A stretch of DNA of 49,209 nucleotides, counting the filler, from Bipalium vagum (lineage: Eukaryota), in assembly GCA_037834085.1 (NCBI GenBank). It is 2 parts of 2 records of this genome, joined end to end, with 100 filler letters (N's around TTAATTAATTAA, not from the genome) between each part and the next. Parts side by side here need not be neighbours in the genome. Positions count along the whole stretch, not along the records: positions 1 to 27,508 come from JBBMKC010088242.1; positions 27,609 to 49,209 come from JBBMKC010234820.1. One strand, 5' to 3'. Below are positions 22,401 to 34,772 of the stretch, one piece after another. Made by a program: the position numbers and the translations under genes. Every line of letters starts with the position of its first letter. Positions within the stretch are counted from its first letter, which is position 1. Below the pieces are notes generated by a model. The model made no database searches. It had not been told where the DNA came from and saw nothing but the letters and a program-made list of their open reading frames with translations.

Positions 22401-23693
22401 ATTTGCATAGCTGAATAGTTCAAATTTGGAAGAACGTGTTCTTTAGGATAGGCCACTTTTTGTACACTATCATAAGCCAGTTCTAACATTTGGAAGGTCA
22501 TTACCGACTTAACCGCATCGGAATTGAGTTCTTTGATATCAGATAAATATTTGGAATCAAGAAAGGGTTTCATCTTAGTTAACGTTGTCATTGTAAATGA
22601 TGATTAACATTTCTTACCAAATCATATTCACTTAAAGTTCTATAAGTGATATTGGAAGAATTCTCCATTTTAACACAATTTGCAGAATAGTAAGAAGCTA
22701 AATCCAAATGGTCGTTTAATTATTAAAATTTAATATATAATTATAATAATGAGAATATTAAATTAATTAAGGGGTGCACAAATTTAATTTAAAAATTCAC
22801 AAGGAAAGTCTTTTTTAGTATTAATAGTAACAGTTAATTTAAAGTTTAATATTTAAGTGAAAGTTTGAACTTTTACTAATAATGTCTTCTTCATGTTTTC
22901 CCAAATAATTACTAAGATATTAATTTTCATAAAAAAGTCAAACAAACCAATCATTCATAATTAATTTTAATTTAAATTATTTATTTTATGAAATTAAAAT
23001 ATTTAGTATTTTAACAAGTTATAATTTTCTAATAGTTTCACCTTTAAAAATCGTATTGATCTAGCAAAAATTCACAACAGATTAAACATTTTAAATACAG
23101 ATATTCAACGCAATTTACAAGACAACAATTTTTATTTATTTATTATAATATTAATTTATTTATGAGTATTTATTATATTTTTTTATTTAGTTATTAATAA
23201 AACAATATTTATTTAAGTCTTTTTGATAACTGAATATCATTGAATAAAAGTATGTTAAGGCTGTAAATGATTCAACTGATCCGTACCCAAACCCTTCACT
23301 GATGATTGAGATCCTATTCTCATACAAATAACTAACACAAAAAAATCTATAAATAATCACACAATTCCTTTATTCTGCTAAAACAAATTATAATAATCAT
23401 ATTATCACTCAGCAAAACAAAAATTAATCAAATCACTATAGAAAAATAACTATAACATTTCGGAAAATAATCGAGAAATAGCAGTTTAAACTCAAATGAA
23501 AATGATAATCAGAATTGAATTAAATGATTAATAAAATAAAAGAAAACAAAACAAAAATTTAAGAATTTTAACCGATTAGAGTAAAAAAAGTTAAAAATTA
23601 CCCTCAACAGTAATTCAAACCCATATGGTTCGCTTGAATACAAATGAACTCCACAGGATCAAAGTTTAATCCTGTTGCAATATACGTAAACAG
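19439..23693 (-). CDS. Divergent neprilysin/M13 peptidase-like gene, 3' portion. Exons 23693-23602 (tentative), 23331-23231, 22697-22618, 22573-22379, 19597-19439
   Basis: Spliced C-terminus LELAYDSV...VLPNLNYSAMQIMFIRLAQ|NFCSNIRREYQ...YRNVFKC matches M13 LxxAY...LPGLxxxxxQLFFxxFAQxWCxxxRxE...FxxAFxC. Splice phases are compatible. 5' exons were not found. Confidence 0.65.
19689..20374 (+). mobile_element. Merlin element, internally deleted, with imperfect TIRs, inside last intron of M13-like gene
   Basis: TIRs GGTACTTGTGCATTAATTCACCACATATTTACCAA and (reverse complement) GATTCTTGTGCTTTAATTTACCGCAAATTTACCAA. Protein QQWVF..ETGECFLFNVHNRTTAALIP..IRPGTRVFSDQ*SAY..PLTGANTQRIEMTWK. Confidence 0.85.
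20480..20640 (+). mobile_element. mariner C-terminal scrap
   Basis: LERWSKVVNSDGQ resembles the mariner C-terminus LPERWEKVVASDGxY. Confidence 0.45.
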
Positions 23694-25769
23694 CTATTAT
23701 ACTGGTTAAAAAAATATTGGATTCATCAGAAAAAATGTTAATGGAATTTTCTGACAATTAGACAAAAGTTGAAATAAAGATTTTCAAATAATGTCAAAAA
23801 ATAACTTCTCATATAAAATTTTTATAAAAAAATTCAAGGCCAAAAACCAAAAATTTTTACTTTCCCAAAGCGCTCATTTGACTAAAACATCTTACACAAG
23901 CTCTTCAAATCAGATCGTTTGATATTTTTATTTCCAAAAATGTTTCAAAATAACCCTTCAAAATAAGATACTTCAAAATTATCTCGAGTCAATCGTGACT
24001 ATATCTTGAGAGAAATATGAAATAATTTTTAATATTTTGAAATCATTTTTGCTCATATTATAATAAAATAATAATTTCAGTTCCTTTTCTGTTGACTATT
24101 ATATTATTAATTGATTACAAATATAAAATTTTATTATTATTATTATATTGTTATTTTTATTATCAGATTCTTTTTTGCTTTTTACCTGATTTTCATATAT
24201 GACCGTTTTAGTAACTTAACGTTCAATCCCTGGGTAAATCAAAAAATATAGGACTTAAGATAAGAATTTAAGATGAAAGTTTCATTGAAGAGGGTGGATT
24301 TATATTTTTTTAGATTGAGAACAATGTGCTTTCTCTAATCTGAAACCTTAAGAAACGAAGATTGATAATGACATTTTTTGTCATCAATGTTTGCTTATTT
24401 AGTGTTTAAAATTGAATAAGAATTCTATGTATGCTAGATCTACTCAGAAATAAATTAGTTTTTGAGCTGCAAAACAATTTTCTTTTATTTTGGTACATAT
24501 GCTTCCAGTCGATTTTAAGACTGTCTTTGGATTACTGAATAAAACCACAGCATGTTTGACGGCCGTCTTCTTTCACAAGTGTTATCGATTAATCACCATC
24601 GGACATGTATGTGAAATTTGTTGAAAATTGAATGTGCCATTCTCTAATTTCTCTTACTAATATTCTGCAGTAGACCAAACCAAAATATTTTTTCTGCACA
24701 CATTACGAATTTCCTAAATTGCTTATTTGACTTTGATTAAAATAAAATGTCACTAGGTGGCAGATAGGGTGTTTTAGATCAACTTAACAACAATTTTCAA
24801 AGCTGTAAAATTTAAATAAAAATAAAATGAAAAATTTAGTACAGCCGAAAAAGGTCTTACAAATAATTGTATTTGATATTAAATAAATATGATACCTCAA
24901 AACAAAACCATAAAATAATAAAACCAGGAAAAATTAAATTACAACCATAATTAATAAGACAAGTATTATAAAATGTAATAATTTTAAATAAAATAATTTA
25001 ATAATCTTTAAAATATGTAGAAATTAAGGGTACAATAAATCGGATTTTCCATGGTTTGACAATTAAAAATTGCTTTGAATATTTCGATTTTTTTGGACAA
25101 AAGTAAGGATTAAGAAAACGTATAGAATTCAAAACCGAAGGTTGTTAATATATATATATATATTTTAACTCTTATTATTTCTATGTTCTCAGCACTGCCA
25201 CTAATACCGAATATTTGATAAATAACTGCACTTTTTGAAATATTACTACTTTGGTCTGCTCAGTTTGAATGAGTGGTTATTTACAATAATTTTTGTTCTT
25301 GTTATTGATGTTGATTTTCAAACCTAAGATTTATAAAAAAATATATAAAAATTTTTATATTGAAAATAAATTGAAATTTTTATAAATAATTACTCATAAA
25401 TATTCATGAAAATATTTTCGAAAGGAGAAATAAATGTCATCGAAACAATATCTTCTAAAACATAAATAAATGAAATTGAAGTTAAATATAAATAATTTTT
25501 TTTCTCTTCTAATAAATTGTACTAAGTTATGCTGGATTGGTAAATATGTTTGTGGTCTTGAGATTAAACCAAAAATTTATATTGATACGTTTTTGATGAG
25601 TTATACTCTCATCATAGTTAATAAGTCATTTCAAAAGTAATGTCGTTTTTTATAATTAATATTAATTTGAATGTATATTTGTTTTACTGTAGGAAATCAT
25701 TGGTAATTTGGTGATTTTATGAAATATACGTAATTAATAATTTTTTATTTTAGAAATTTAATAACAAAT

Positions 25770-26837
25770 AAAATAACAAATGAGGACCACATGCGCAATT
25801 GCATGCTGTAGAATTTAACCATGGGAAACGGCACCAGAAGCAATAAAGTCATTAAACAAAATCTATCCAGATACTCTCGATCTGAGGAAATGTCAGAGGT
25901 GGTTTAGACGGTTCAAAGACGGAAATTTTGATTTACGAGATGCCCCTAGATATGTATCCTATCAAGGCTGCTGTAGAAGAAAATCTACCTCAAACTTCGG
26001 ATGACTTGAGTAATAAACTCAATTATGATAGAGAAAAAATTCGTCAAAATTTTGCATGATATGGAGAAAGCGAAAAACAAGTAGAACAGGAATATAGGCA
26101 TGGCACAAACTTACCGAAAAACACAAAAATCAGCTTTTTTCGATTTGCAAAATTGTTAATTTTAAGACAGAATAATGAAGACTTCCTGGATCGCATTATA
26201 ACTGGTGACGAAAAGCATCTTATGTATGAAAACTCTAGTCGTAAAAGGCAATGGATTTCACCTGACCAATCATCTGAATTCATCACAAAGCCAAATATTC
26301 ATGGAAGAAAAGTTTTGCTATGTGTTTGATAATGTGCTTGTGGTATCATTCATTTCGAGTTGCTCCAACATGGTCAAACAATAACCGCAGATGTTTATTG
26401 TGCCAAGGTAGGAAGATTAAAAGTTAAAATTGAAGTTAGGTTTCTAGCTTTGGCAAAGAGAAAAATAACCATTTTTCCTCAGGATAACGCGCAACCGTGA
26501 ATCTCAAAGAAATCACTCCAAAAAATTAAGGAGTTTGACAGGGAACATTTACCTCACCTCCATGACATTGTTTTATTCGATTACTACTTGTTCCGGTCAA
26601 TGGAACATTTTTTAGTCGGTAAAAAGTTTAATTCTTATGAAGCTGCTATGGCTATGTACAAGCTTTTCGATTCCAGGAGGGAAAAATTTTACAAGGCTGG
26701 TATAATGAAATTATAATTTAAATGGAGTGACATTGTTGAACATAATGATTATTAAGTTTGTGATTAATATGTATTTTACGTTAATGTTTTATCATCACAC
26801 TTTTTGTAAAAATATATTATTTTTGAGACAACCTAAT
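25770..26837 (+). mobile_element. mariner relic
   Basis: CQRWFRRFKDGNFDLRDAPR, FLDRIITGDEKHLMYEN, KPNIHGRKVLLCV, QDNAQP and DYYLFRSME. TIR-like end ...TTTTGAGACAACCTAATA. Confidence 0.88.
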
Positions 26838-26929
26838 ATAAATAATTTGGTCTTTCAACTAATCAATTTCACGTTTGTAGAACTCAAGTAGTTATTGACA
26901 AAATGAGCCAATGTAGCTACTTATGGAAT

Positions 26930-27400
26930 GCAAAATTTGTGAATTTTTTTCCATTCAAGGAATTATCCAGCAACCGAAATAATGTGTATACAATTTAAGA
27001 GCACAAAGATGTAGGTAAGAAATCCCACTGAAGAACAAACATTAATGAAAAATCATTGAGGCCTGGAATTGTCATGTCGTAAACAATATCATTACGATTT
27101 TATAATTTTAGACTCTATGTGTTGGATTGTTACACTTGGTTAATTGAGAATATTACATATCCTAATTACTTTTTGACCAAATGGCAAGAACTAGTAATAA
27201 ATAATATCTTCAATAATACCATCAAAGTAAAATTATGGTCTTATTGAGATTTATTCTTGGTCTGATGATAATTTTGGTCTCTGATCATTCAGAAAAAATA
27301 ATCTTTTGTGAACAATATTTTCGTAGACGATCAATTTTTCATCACTGGTAACAAACTTCAAGAACTGATAGTTCTCTTTACCATTTAAGCATCCAGTTCA
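26930..27400 (-). mobile_element. mariner relic (highly decayed)
   Basis: Minus strand KFVTSDEKLIVYENIVHKR at about 27360-27305. Confidence 0.55.
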
Positions 27401-27508
27401 ACAGTAAAATACGTGTCAACAAGTTAGCTAATGATGTATCTAAAAATTGAGTTGGAAAACTAATACAAATGTGCTCAGATAACTTTTTACCGTTGTGTGT
27501 GATATATA

Positions 27509-27608
27509 NNNNNNNNNNNNNNNNNNNNNNNNNNNNNNNNNNNNNNNNNNNNTTAATTAATTAANNNNNNNNNNNNNNNNNNNNNNNNNNNNNNNNNNNN
27601 NNNNNNNN
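27509..27608. other. Assembly gap with artificial six-frame-stop linker
   Basis: 44 N + TTAATTAATTAA (27553-27564) + 44 N = exactly 100 bp. Confidence 0.95.
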
Positions 27609-27881
27609 ATCATTATTTTAATTATTTAATATTATTAACTTTCAGAAATAATCATTCTTAATATAATGCTTATTTTCATTAACTAATTAAATTTTTATTA
27701 TTATTATTTTAATTAATTATTATTATTTATATATATTCAAAAAATATTAATTATTATTTTAATTAATTTTAAAAAATATTTTCTTAGTGTTAGTATTGTG
27801 ATTCTTATTATTTTAATTACTTATTTATAATTTCAATAAATAATCATTATTAATTTAATTATTTTTCATTAATTAAATATA

Positions 27882-29031
27882 TCAGGTTGTGTAGTATGAA
27901 ATTTGTAAAATGAAAAACAGTTTATTAATAAATTACAAATAAAAGAAACTATGCTATTCATCAAAATAGGTACCCATGTTGTCTACACATTTTTGCCATT
28001 TAATCGATTTGAATTGTTTTCCACCGAAAAAAGTTGTCCAAATTTCGAAAGAAATAGTAATCAGTGGGAGCTACGTCTGGTGAGTATGGTGGATGATTAA
28101 GAAGTTCCAACTCCAACTCCTCTATTTTTACACACTCATTTTCGCCGTGTGTGGTTTAGCATTATCCTGCAATAAAATAAGAGTTGATCTATTGATTAAT
28201 TTTGGCTGTCTTATTTTAATTTTTTCACCATTTCGTCCAATGACTTACAAAACACTTTTGCTGTGATCGATGAGCCCGGTTTCAAGAATTCATAATGAAT
28301 CACATCTGCAATACTCCACCAAACACTCACCATCAGTTTCTTTTCATGGATATTAGGCTTTGGACTGTGTTTCGGTGGTTCATCTTTGTCCAACCACTGT
28401 GAAGAGCGTTTGCGGTTGTCATATCTTATCCATTTTTCGTCACAAGTCACAATAAGATTCAAAAATGGATCAGATTTTTGACGAGAAAGGAACATCAAAC
28501 AGGCTTGAAAACGCTTTTTGTTTTGCATTCAGTTCATGAGGAACCCATTTATCTAATTTTTTCACCTTTTCTATTTGATTTATATGATCTAAAATAGTTT
28601 TTTTGATGACACCAAACTTTACAGACAATTCCTGGGCAATGATCATCTTTAATTTGTCGTTGCACACCTTTGATTTTGAAGGTTAAAATTATCCTTACGA
28701 AATTTTGAAAACCAATTGGAAACTGTTTGTTGTGTATTTAAATGAGTCCGAAATACTGCATTAATGTTTTCAGCTGTCTGCGATGCCGTTGTTTTGCGCA
28801 AAAACTCATATTTCATAATTAACGCGTATTTCCGATATATCCATTTTTAATAAAAATGATTAATTTAAACAATTGATTTATACTTTATCAGATTAAGATG
28901 ATATTTTCAAACAAAACAGATATATAATTTACCAACGCAAAAAACAGAATGGTAAAATATCAAGCCAATAACAAATAAGCAATTAAAGTTGGCAATTTCA
29001 TTACCTACAAATCTCATACTACACAACCTGA
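27882..29031 (-). mobile_element. mariner (cecropia/Hsmar1-like) with near-perfect TIRs and TA TSD; defective transposase
   Basis: TA|TCAGGTTGTGTAGTATGA(A/G)ATTTGTA at both ends. Motifs WVPHEL, IVTCDEKWIRYDN, KKLMVSVWW, QDNAKPH, HPPYSPDVAPTDYY. Confidence 0.95.
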
Positions 29032-30559
29032 TAGTTAAAAATATTTTTATTATTATTACAAAATATTAATTATTATTTTCATTAATTTAATTAAGTTAAA
29101 AATTTATTTATTATTAGTAGTAGTAGTATAATTATGACTATTATCATTTTAATTATTAATTATTATCATAATGAAAAAAGTTTTCATTGTTTTAATTTCT
29201 ATTTTCCTAATTTAATATATTTCTAGGAAAAAAACCCTTTATCAAATTCTGCCAATCTATCTCATTCATCAAAGTCTGATATGGCGAAAACATTTCAAAG
29301 TTGATATCGAATCTCTATGGATTAAAATAAGTTACGAATTAAAACAAAAAATTAAAAAATTGCTGAAAATTGTCTGAATATTATTTGAAGATATGGAAAA
29401 GGGAAATGTTTAACTTTGCTTGAACCACTTAGGCCCATTGATTGACAGACAGGAGAAAACTTTCAAAAATATGTTAAGAGCCAGATAAATTAATTTTGAA
29501 CGTAATTAATTGCCTTTTGGAAAATTATGAAATAAAACTTTTAATATTCCCACTGATGTATGATGAAAAGAATATTTTTTGTTAGTTCGATGCGGAAATT
29601 ATTATTTATATTTTAATTTTTTAAAATATTTTATTCTTTATTTTAAACTATGTGCCTTAAAATTTTTGAACACGTTCATTTTTTTGAATTAATTTTTAGA
29701 TGTAATTAAATTTGATTGAATTTTATAAATTATGTATTACGTTAAAACAAAAGTTCGTATCGTTTTATAATTGAAAATCAAATATAAGCTTAAGTATAAT
29801 TATAAGCTTAATTATGCCGATTGCGACATCACTTGTGTTAATATTTACAGTGACCAATCTCACCAAAGATCTGACTCAAAAATCTTTTAGTTGCTTTCTT
29901 TCATTAACACCTAAGTCTAAAGTTCTTATTATTATAAAATCGTAATACAATGTACAATATCATAAGTCACAATGTGTCAATTAATATCTCAGGGTATACA
30001 ACAAAATATCAGTACGTCGTAGTCATATCACAATTCAGTCTCTTGACCTACAATAAATATCAGAGACCTTAATTTATATGTTATATGAAATCGTATTCGC
30101 ATTAAAATGATAAAATCAAATGACTAAATTAACAAAAATATTTTAAGAATTATATTTGTTAATAAAATTAAAAAATCAACTCTTCACAGATTTTTAAAGA
30201 TAAATTTAGAAACACCACAATGAGTTGAGATTAATTTTAAAAGAAAATCTACTGCTCTTCAGCTCAGAGGTCCTGCAGAAAATCAACTCACCGTTCAACT
30301 TAATATGTGAACTGGAAATTTAAAAAGTTGATATGGAGTGAAGAAAACAAAATCTTTATTTGATCTTAGAGTTTAGCGCCCTCATATTTATTTATTTATA
30401 ATATAATCACAATCAGAAATCACAAAATTTCTGTCAAGATTAAATCTTACTTTAAATGAATACACGGTAACTGATTAGTAAACCGAATTGATATTGCAGA
30501 CGTAGGTTTTTTCTTTGATATTTTTTGAATAATATATGATTGTAATCATTGATTCATAG

Positions 30560-30790
30560 TATATGTATGTCACTAATTGTAGTTTATAATATAATAATGT
30601 AATGTTGATAGCTTTTACAAGATGTTTTGTACCTTACTTTCCATTTTTGGAAAAAAAATGTCAGTATAATAGACCTGAATAAATAGACATCCGAGGATTC
30701 TAATTCGAGTGGATATAATGGGCAAAATGATTGTTTCCCTCTTAGCTCAGCAATTTTCACCGATTACATCTTTTATTTAATCAAAACATA
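30560..30790 (-). mobile_element. mariner scrap
   Basis: PLYPLELESSDVYLFRSI resembles PPYSPDLAPSDYYLFRSL. Confidence 0.45.
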
Positions 30791-30905
30791 TTCAGCATTT
30801 CACTTTTTATATTATAGAATTTTTATTATAATATTGTTAAACAATCTTTGAGTATAAAAATTTGGAATTTTTACAAAAAAATATTTAACAATTTTAATAT
30901 AATAA

Positions 30906-30906
<1 letters not shown>

Positions 30907-30950
<44 letters not shown>
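30907..30950. repeat. (ATT)n microsatellite
   Basis: Directly visible. Confidence 0.95.
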
Positions 30951-31846
30951 TTATACATTTAATAACCATAATAAACAGAGGTTAAGATAAATGTAAAATT
31001 AAAATTATTAAAACCCAGACTACTTTTATCATAAAAAATCATTTATTCAACTGAGACATCCTTGCAAACCCCTTACTTGAATCTGAGAACTTTATAATAA
31101 ACTTTAAAATTAGATTTGTTTTAATTCTTAAACTTTTCACATTCTTCATTTTCATTATTAACTGAGCTGAACATCGCATTATTTTACTTTCATAAGCAAT
31201 AATTGATATTGATTTCCTCAAATATAAAAGGAAACGAAGTCGCCCGGTTGATTCTTTCAAATTCCTTTTGATTCCCTTAATCGATTAGCAACGAAAAGAA
31301 AAAGTATCATAAAATGTCAGCTAAAACATCGAATGAGAAAGACGAGGATAAAAGATATTGTTTAGCTTGGTCGATTAATTATTAGCAAGAAAATAATTCT
31401 GAAGGCTCCCGAAAAATAAAGTCGGAAATCAATAATCAACGACTCTTTCAGAATTTGGAGGTCGGTTTTAAACATTCTTTTATGTTTTAAGAATAAGTGC
31501 TTGGTGTAAATATCCACTCTTTCCACACTTTGTACCTTACACGATTTATGAAGATCTTACCTTGTCTTCTTAGAGGTAAAATCATATTGGGATACTCTTT
31601 CTGAAAACAGTAATCATGTAGACTTTGGATGTATTATTATTATTATTATTACTATTATGTGAATACTTAAACCTTAAATATTTTCTAGATTTTAATTTCA
31701 AAATTCACTAATATTCCTCTTTTCTTGTTTCTATGACTTTTCTTTTGTTTGAGTAAATCAAAAAAATAATTAAATAAAATTTAATATTAATAAAATTAAT
31801 ATTTTAATAGTAACCAAGCAAGTTATTATCTGATTCAAAATCTTAT

Positions 31847-32539
31847 TGTTAAATAAGCAACAAAATAAACAAGTTTTAGAGGTTGAAGGTTTATTAAAAC
31901 ACAACAGCGCTTATCAAATTAATAATGTCTTAAATTGCAATGCAAAATGTGAATTTTGTCCATCCCTGGTACAGTTCACAACTGTGCCGATCCCAATATA
32001 TCACAATGTCTCCACGAATGTTTCCAACCTTTATTCTACTTCCTCACAATAACAATGACAAATAAAGAAATATAACAAATAATAGAAATAAAGTAAGGTA
32101 GAACAAAATAAATATATTAATTTCTCTTACAAAAATCAAACAAAATTAATTTGTGTTTATTTTAGTTCGGTATTTTTGAATGTTGCCCGGGTCTACTTAA
32201 TGACCTGTCAACTCTCAAAGCTCAATAGGAACCCGAACACAATCCATTATATTAGCAATATATTACTCACCACTGAAATTAGCACAGCTGAATAAATTTA
32301 TTATTCACAACTGACTCAACTTATTTTTTGAAAATGTCTGCTTTCCAAGTTTAACAGCCAATTTATAGCTTAACTATAGTTAACTCCTTAAAACTGAAAG
32401 CTTATTGGCTTTTCTCGTTTCAACACAACCATTCGACTTCAATTACCTATTGATGATTTTATCTTTCTGACTCCTAGTGAACCAAGCACTAAGTAAAGTG
32501 GTCAGTATTGATTTGCAAATAATCGAAATGAGTCTCACA
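31847..32539 (-). mobile_element. Candidate solo LTR
   Basis: Less AT-rich noncoding block with TG...CA ends. AATAAA about 40 nt from the minus-strand 3' end, followed by a T/G-rich U5-like tail. Flanks CTTAT/TTTAC are only 3/5 identical. Confidence 0.4.
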
Positions 32540-33239
32540 TTTACCTGTATATAAAATAATGTACTTTATAACTCGCCTACAATGTTAAAATTTTCTTACA
32601 CTATATTTTATAACCTCAAAAGAACCAAGAATATTATCCATTCCGTCTAATCTGAATTTTTTCTTTCTAATTTAAACAATTTGACTTATTACAATAACAC
32701 ATTTTGTTTTACTTCTATATATATTTTCAGATGTAATACAATCCATATAATAAAAAATATTTGAAAAATAATAACTTTATTAATTTTAAATTCTTTGAAT
32801 CAAATCTTTTTTTAAAACATTAAATTACATACATGAGTTTTTAAGACTTCTACAAATACAAAAAATTTTTAATTTCTTTTCTGTATAAAAGTATTATATA
32901 TATAATTTACAAATATATTTATTTTAACATTAAAATAGATGAAATCCATTGCTCTATTTTGTAAAGTTCTGAATCTTCAAATATTAAGAATCGAGATTCA
33001 GATGATATAGGGAGGACCCTTTTCCTTATAATGCCAATAAAATTAAATTGTATCTGATTTCAACTAATATTCTCTTTTAATTATATATTACTTATAATTA
33101 CAAGAAGAAAAATAAGTCTCATTATTTAAAATGTTATTTTCGACATATTTTTAAACTACCGAATCATAAATTAAGAACCTGATTCACTGTGTTAGTCATC
33201 GCCAGGCTATTATTTTTCGATATCATTTCGATATTCATT

Positions 33240-34374
33240 TTAGATGAAATAAATTTCGGATTTTAGATAGACGTTAAATTTCAATTTAACTGTATTTTAA
33301 GTAAAATAATCATTGTTTTAGAAATATTAAAAGATAATCGGTGGATACATGTTTCAATCAGTAAGTTAATTTTATAGATTGTTTTGCTTAGTTTTTTTAT
33401 TTCTCAGTTCTAGAAATGGAAGATTGTAACACACATCTCATGTTTATTTTACTCTTTTATTATCGGGAAAAAATGCATCACAAGCTTGCAAACAAATGTG
33501 AAGTGTGTGGTGAGAATGTATTGATAAACACCAATGTCTTTTAAATTCAGAAGAAAATTTTTTTAATAAAAGATAAGCAACAATCTAGTCGTACACTAAA
33601 TGTAAGTGACTGAAATAAAAGATTTAAATCAATAATTGTTGACAAAAACCAAACTGTGACACTAAAAGGAAGCTCAGTATATCACTTGCAACCATCGAAA
33701 GGCATATCAAACATATGACTACGTGAAAGAGCTTCTTACTAACTTAAGAAAAGTGATATTAGACAATCATTAGAATTCTGAGATTTGCTTGTCAAAAGCA
33801 ACGAAAATAACCCATTTTGAAAAAAATAGTGACTGGCACTGAAACATCAATTTGTAAGTCATGTGAAGTAGTGCATAATTCCATCAATGCTTTTGATGGG
33901 CTTATCAGGGAATCATGTACTTCGAAACTGTGTCAATCATTCAAAGGATATTTACATTGATCAGTTGACAAAATTGAATACGCAAGTCCAAATCGACAAA
34001 CTGTTAAGACTTTTTTTCACAAATGTAATATGAAATTTTTTTTGTCCAAATTATTGAACTTTGGTTAGAAAGTATAGTCGTATCTACCATATACAGATAT
34101 CTACCATAGTCCAGATCTCAATCCTTCCGATTACTATTTGTTTCGCTCTGTGAAAAATTCTTAAATGGTAAAATTTTGCTAATGATGATGACGTAAAAAT
34201 TAGGGATAAATCCAAGAGGTTTTGTACACGAGAAATGTTTATGCTTCCTGGTAGATGGCAACAATTCCCTTTAACAATGAATAAATTATAACTTAATCAA
34301 AATGAATATTTTATTAAGTTTTATTTCTTTGGTTTCTACAGAAGAATTGGCAATTATTTTTCTTACCAACCCAA
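33240..34374 (+). mobile_element. mariner relic (mellifera-like)
   Basis: MEDCNTHLMFILLFYYR..NASQACKQM, KIVTGTETSI and SPDLNPSDYYLFRS. TIR-like end AATTATTTTTCTTACCAACCCAAT. Confidence 0.75.
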
Positions 34375-34772
34375 TGTTTACTTCAAACAAAATTTATGTT
34401 AAAGATGTTTTCTGATTCACTTAATAACTTAAATAAATAAATCATCCTAATTTTTAAAAACCCTCAAAATTAGATTAATTTAATAACTTTTTTTATTTAT
34501 AAATTTGTAAATATATTTCATATTTATCAATTTGAAGTTGTGCTCTAAAAATATTCTCACATTGTGCTTCTTGTCTTGAAGATTGAAAATACCATTCATA
34601 TAATGATAAAAAATGATCAAACGTTTAGGACCCGTTAATAAAACCATACATATTTCCATAGATCTCAAACACGGTCCCTTTACCCCTTTCATTTCACCAA
34701 TTCCAGATATTAGACTTAAGAATTTATTTGAAACTTACATGATTACTAAAAAGTTTCAAATATCTTAGAATA

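Noticed and set aside
23299-23330. CTGATGA followed by a hairpin (hammerhead-like)
   Set aside because: Lacks the GAAA core, and it overlaps a predicted coding exon on the opposite strand.
31039-31260. 73-aa minus ORF as continuation of TSNAXIP1 or 5' part of the M13-like gene
   Set aside because: No recognisable motif or convincing splice sites.
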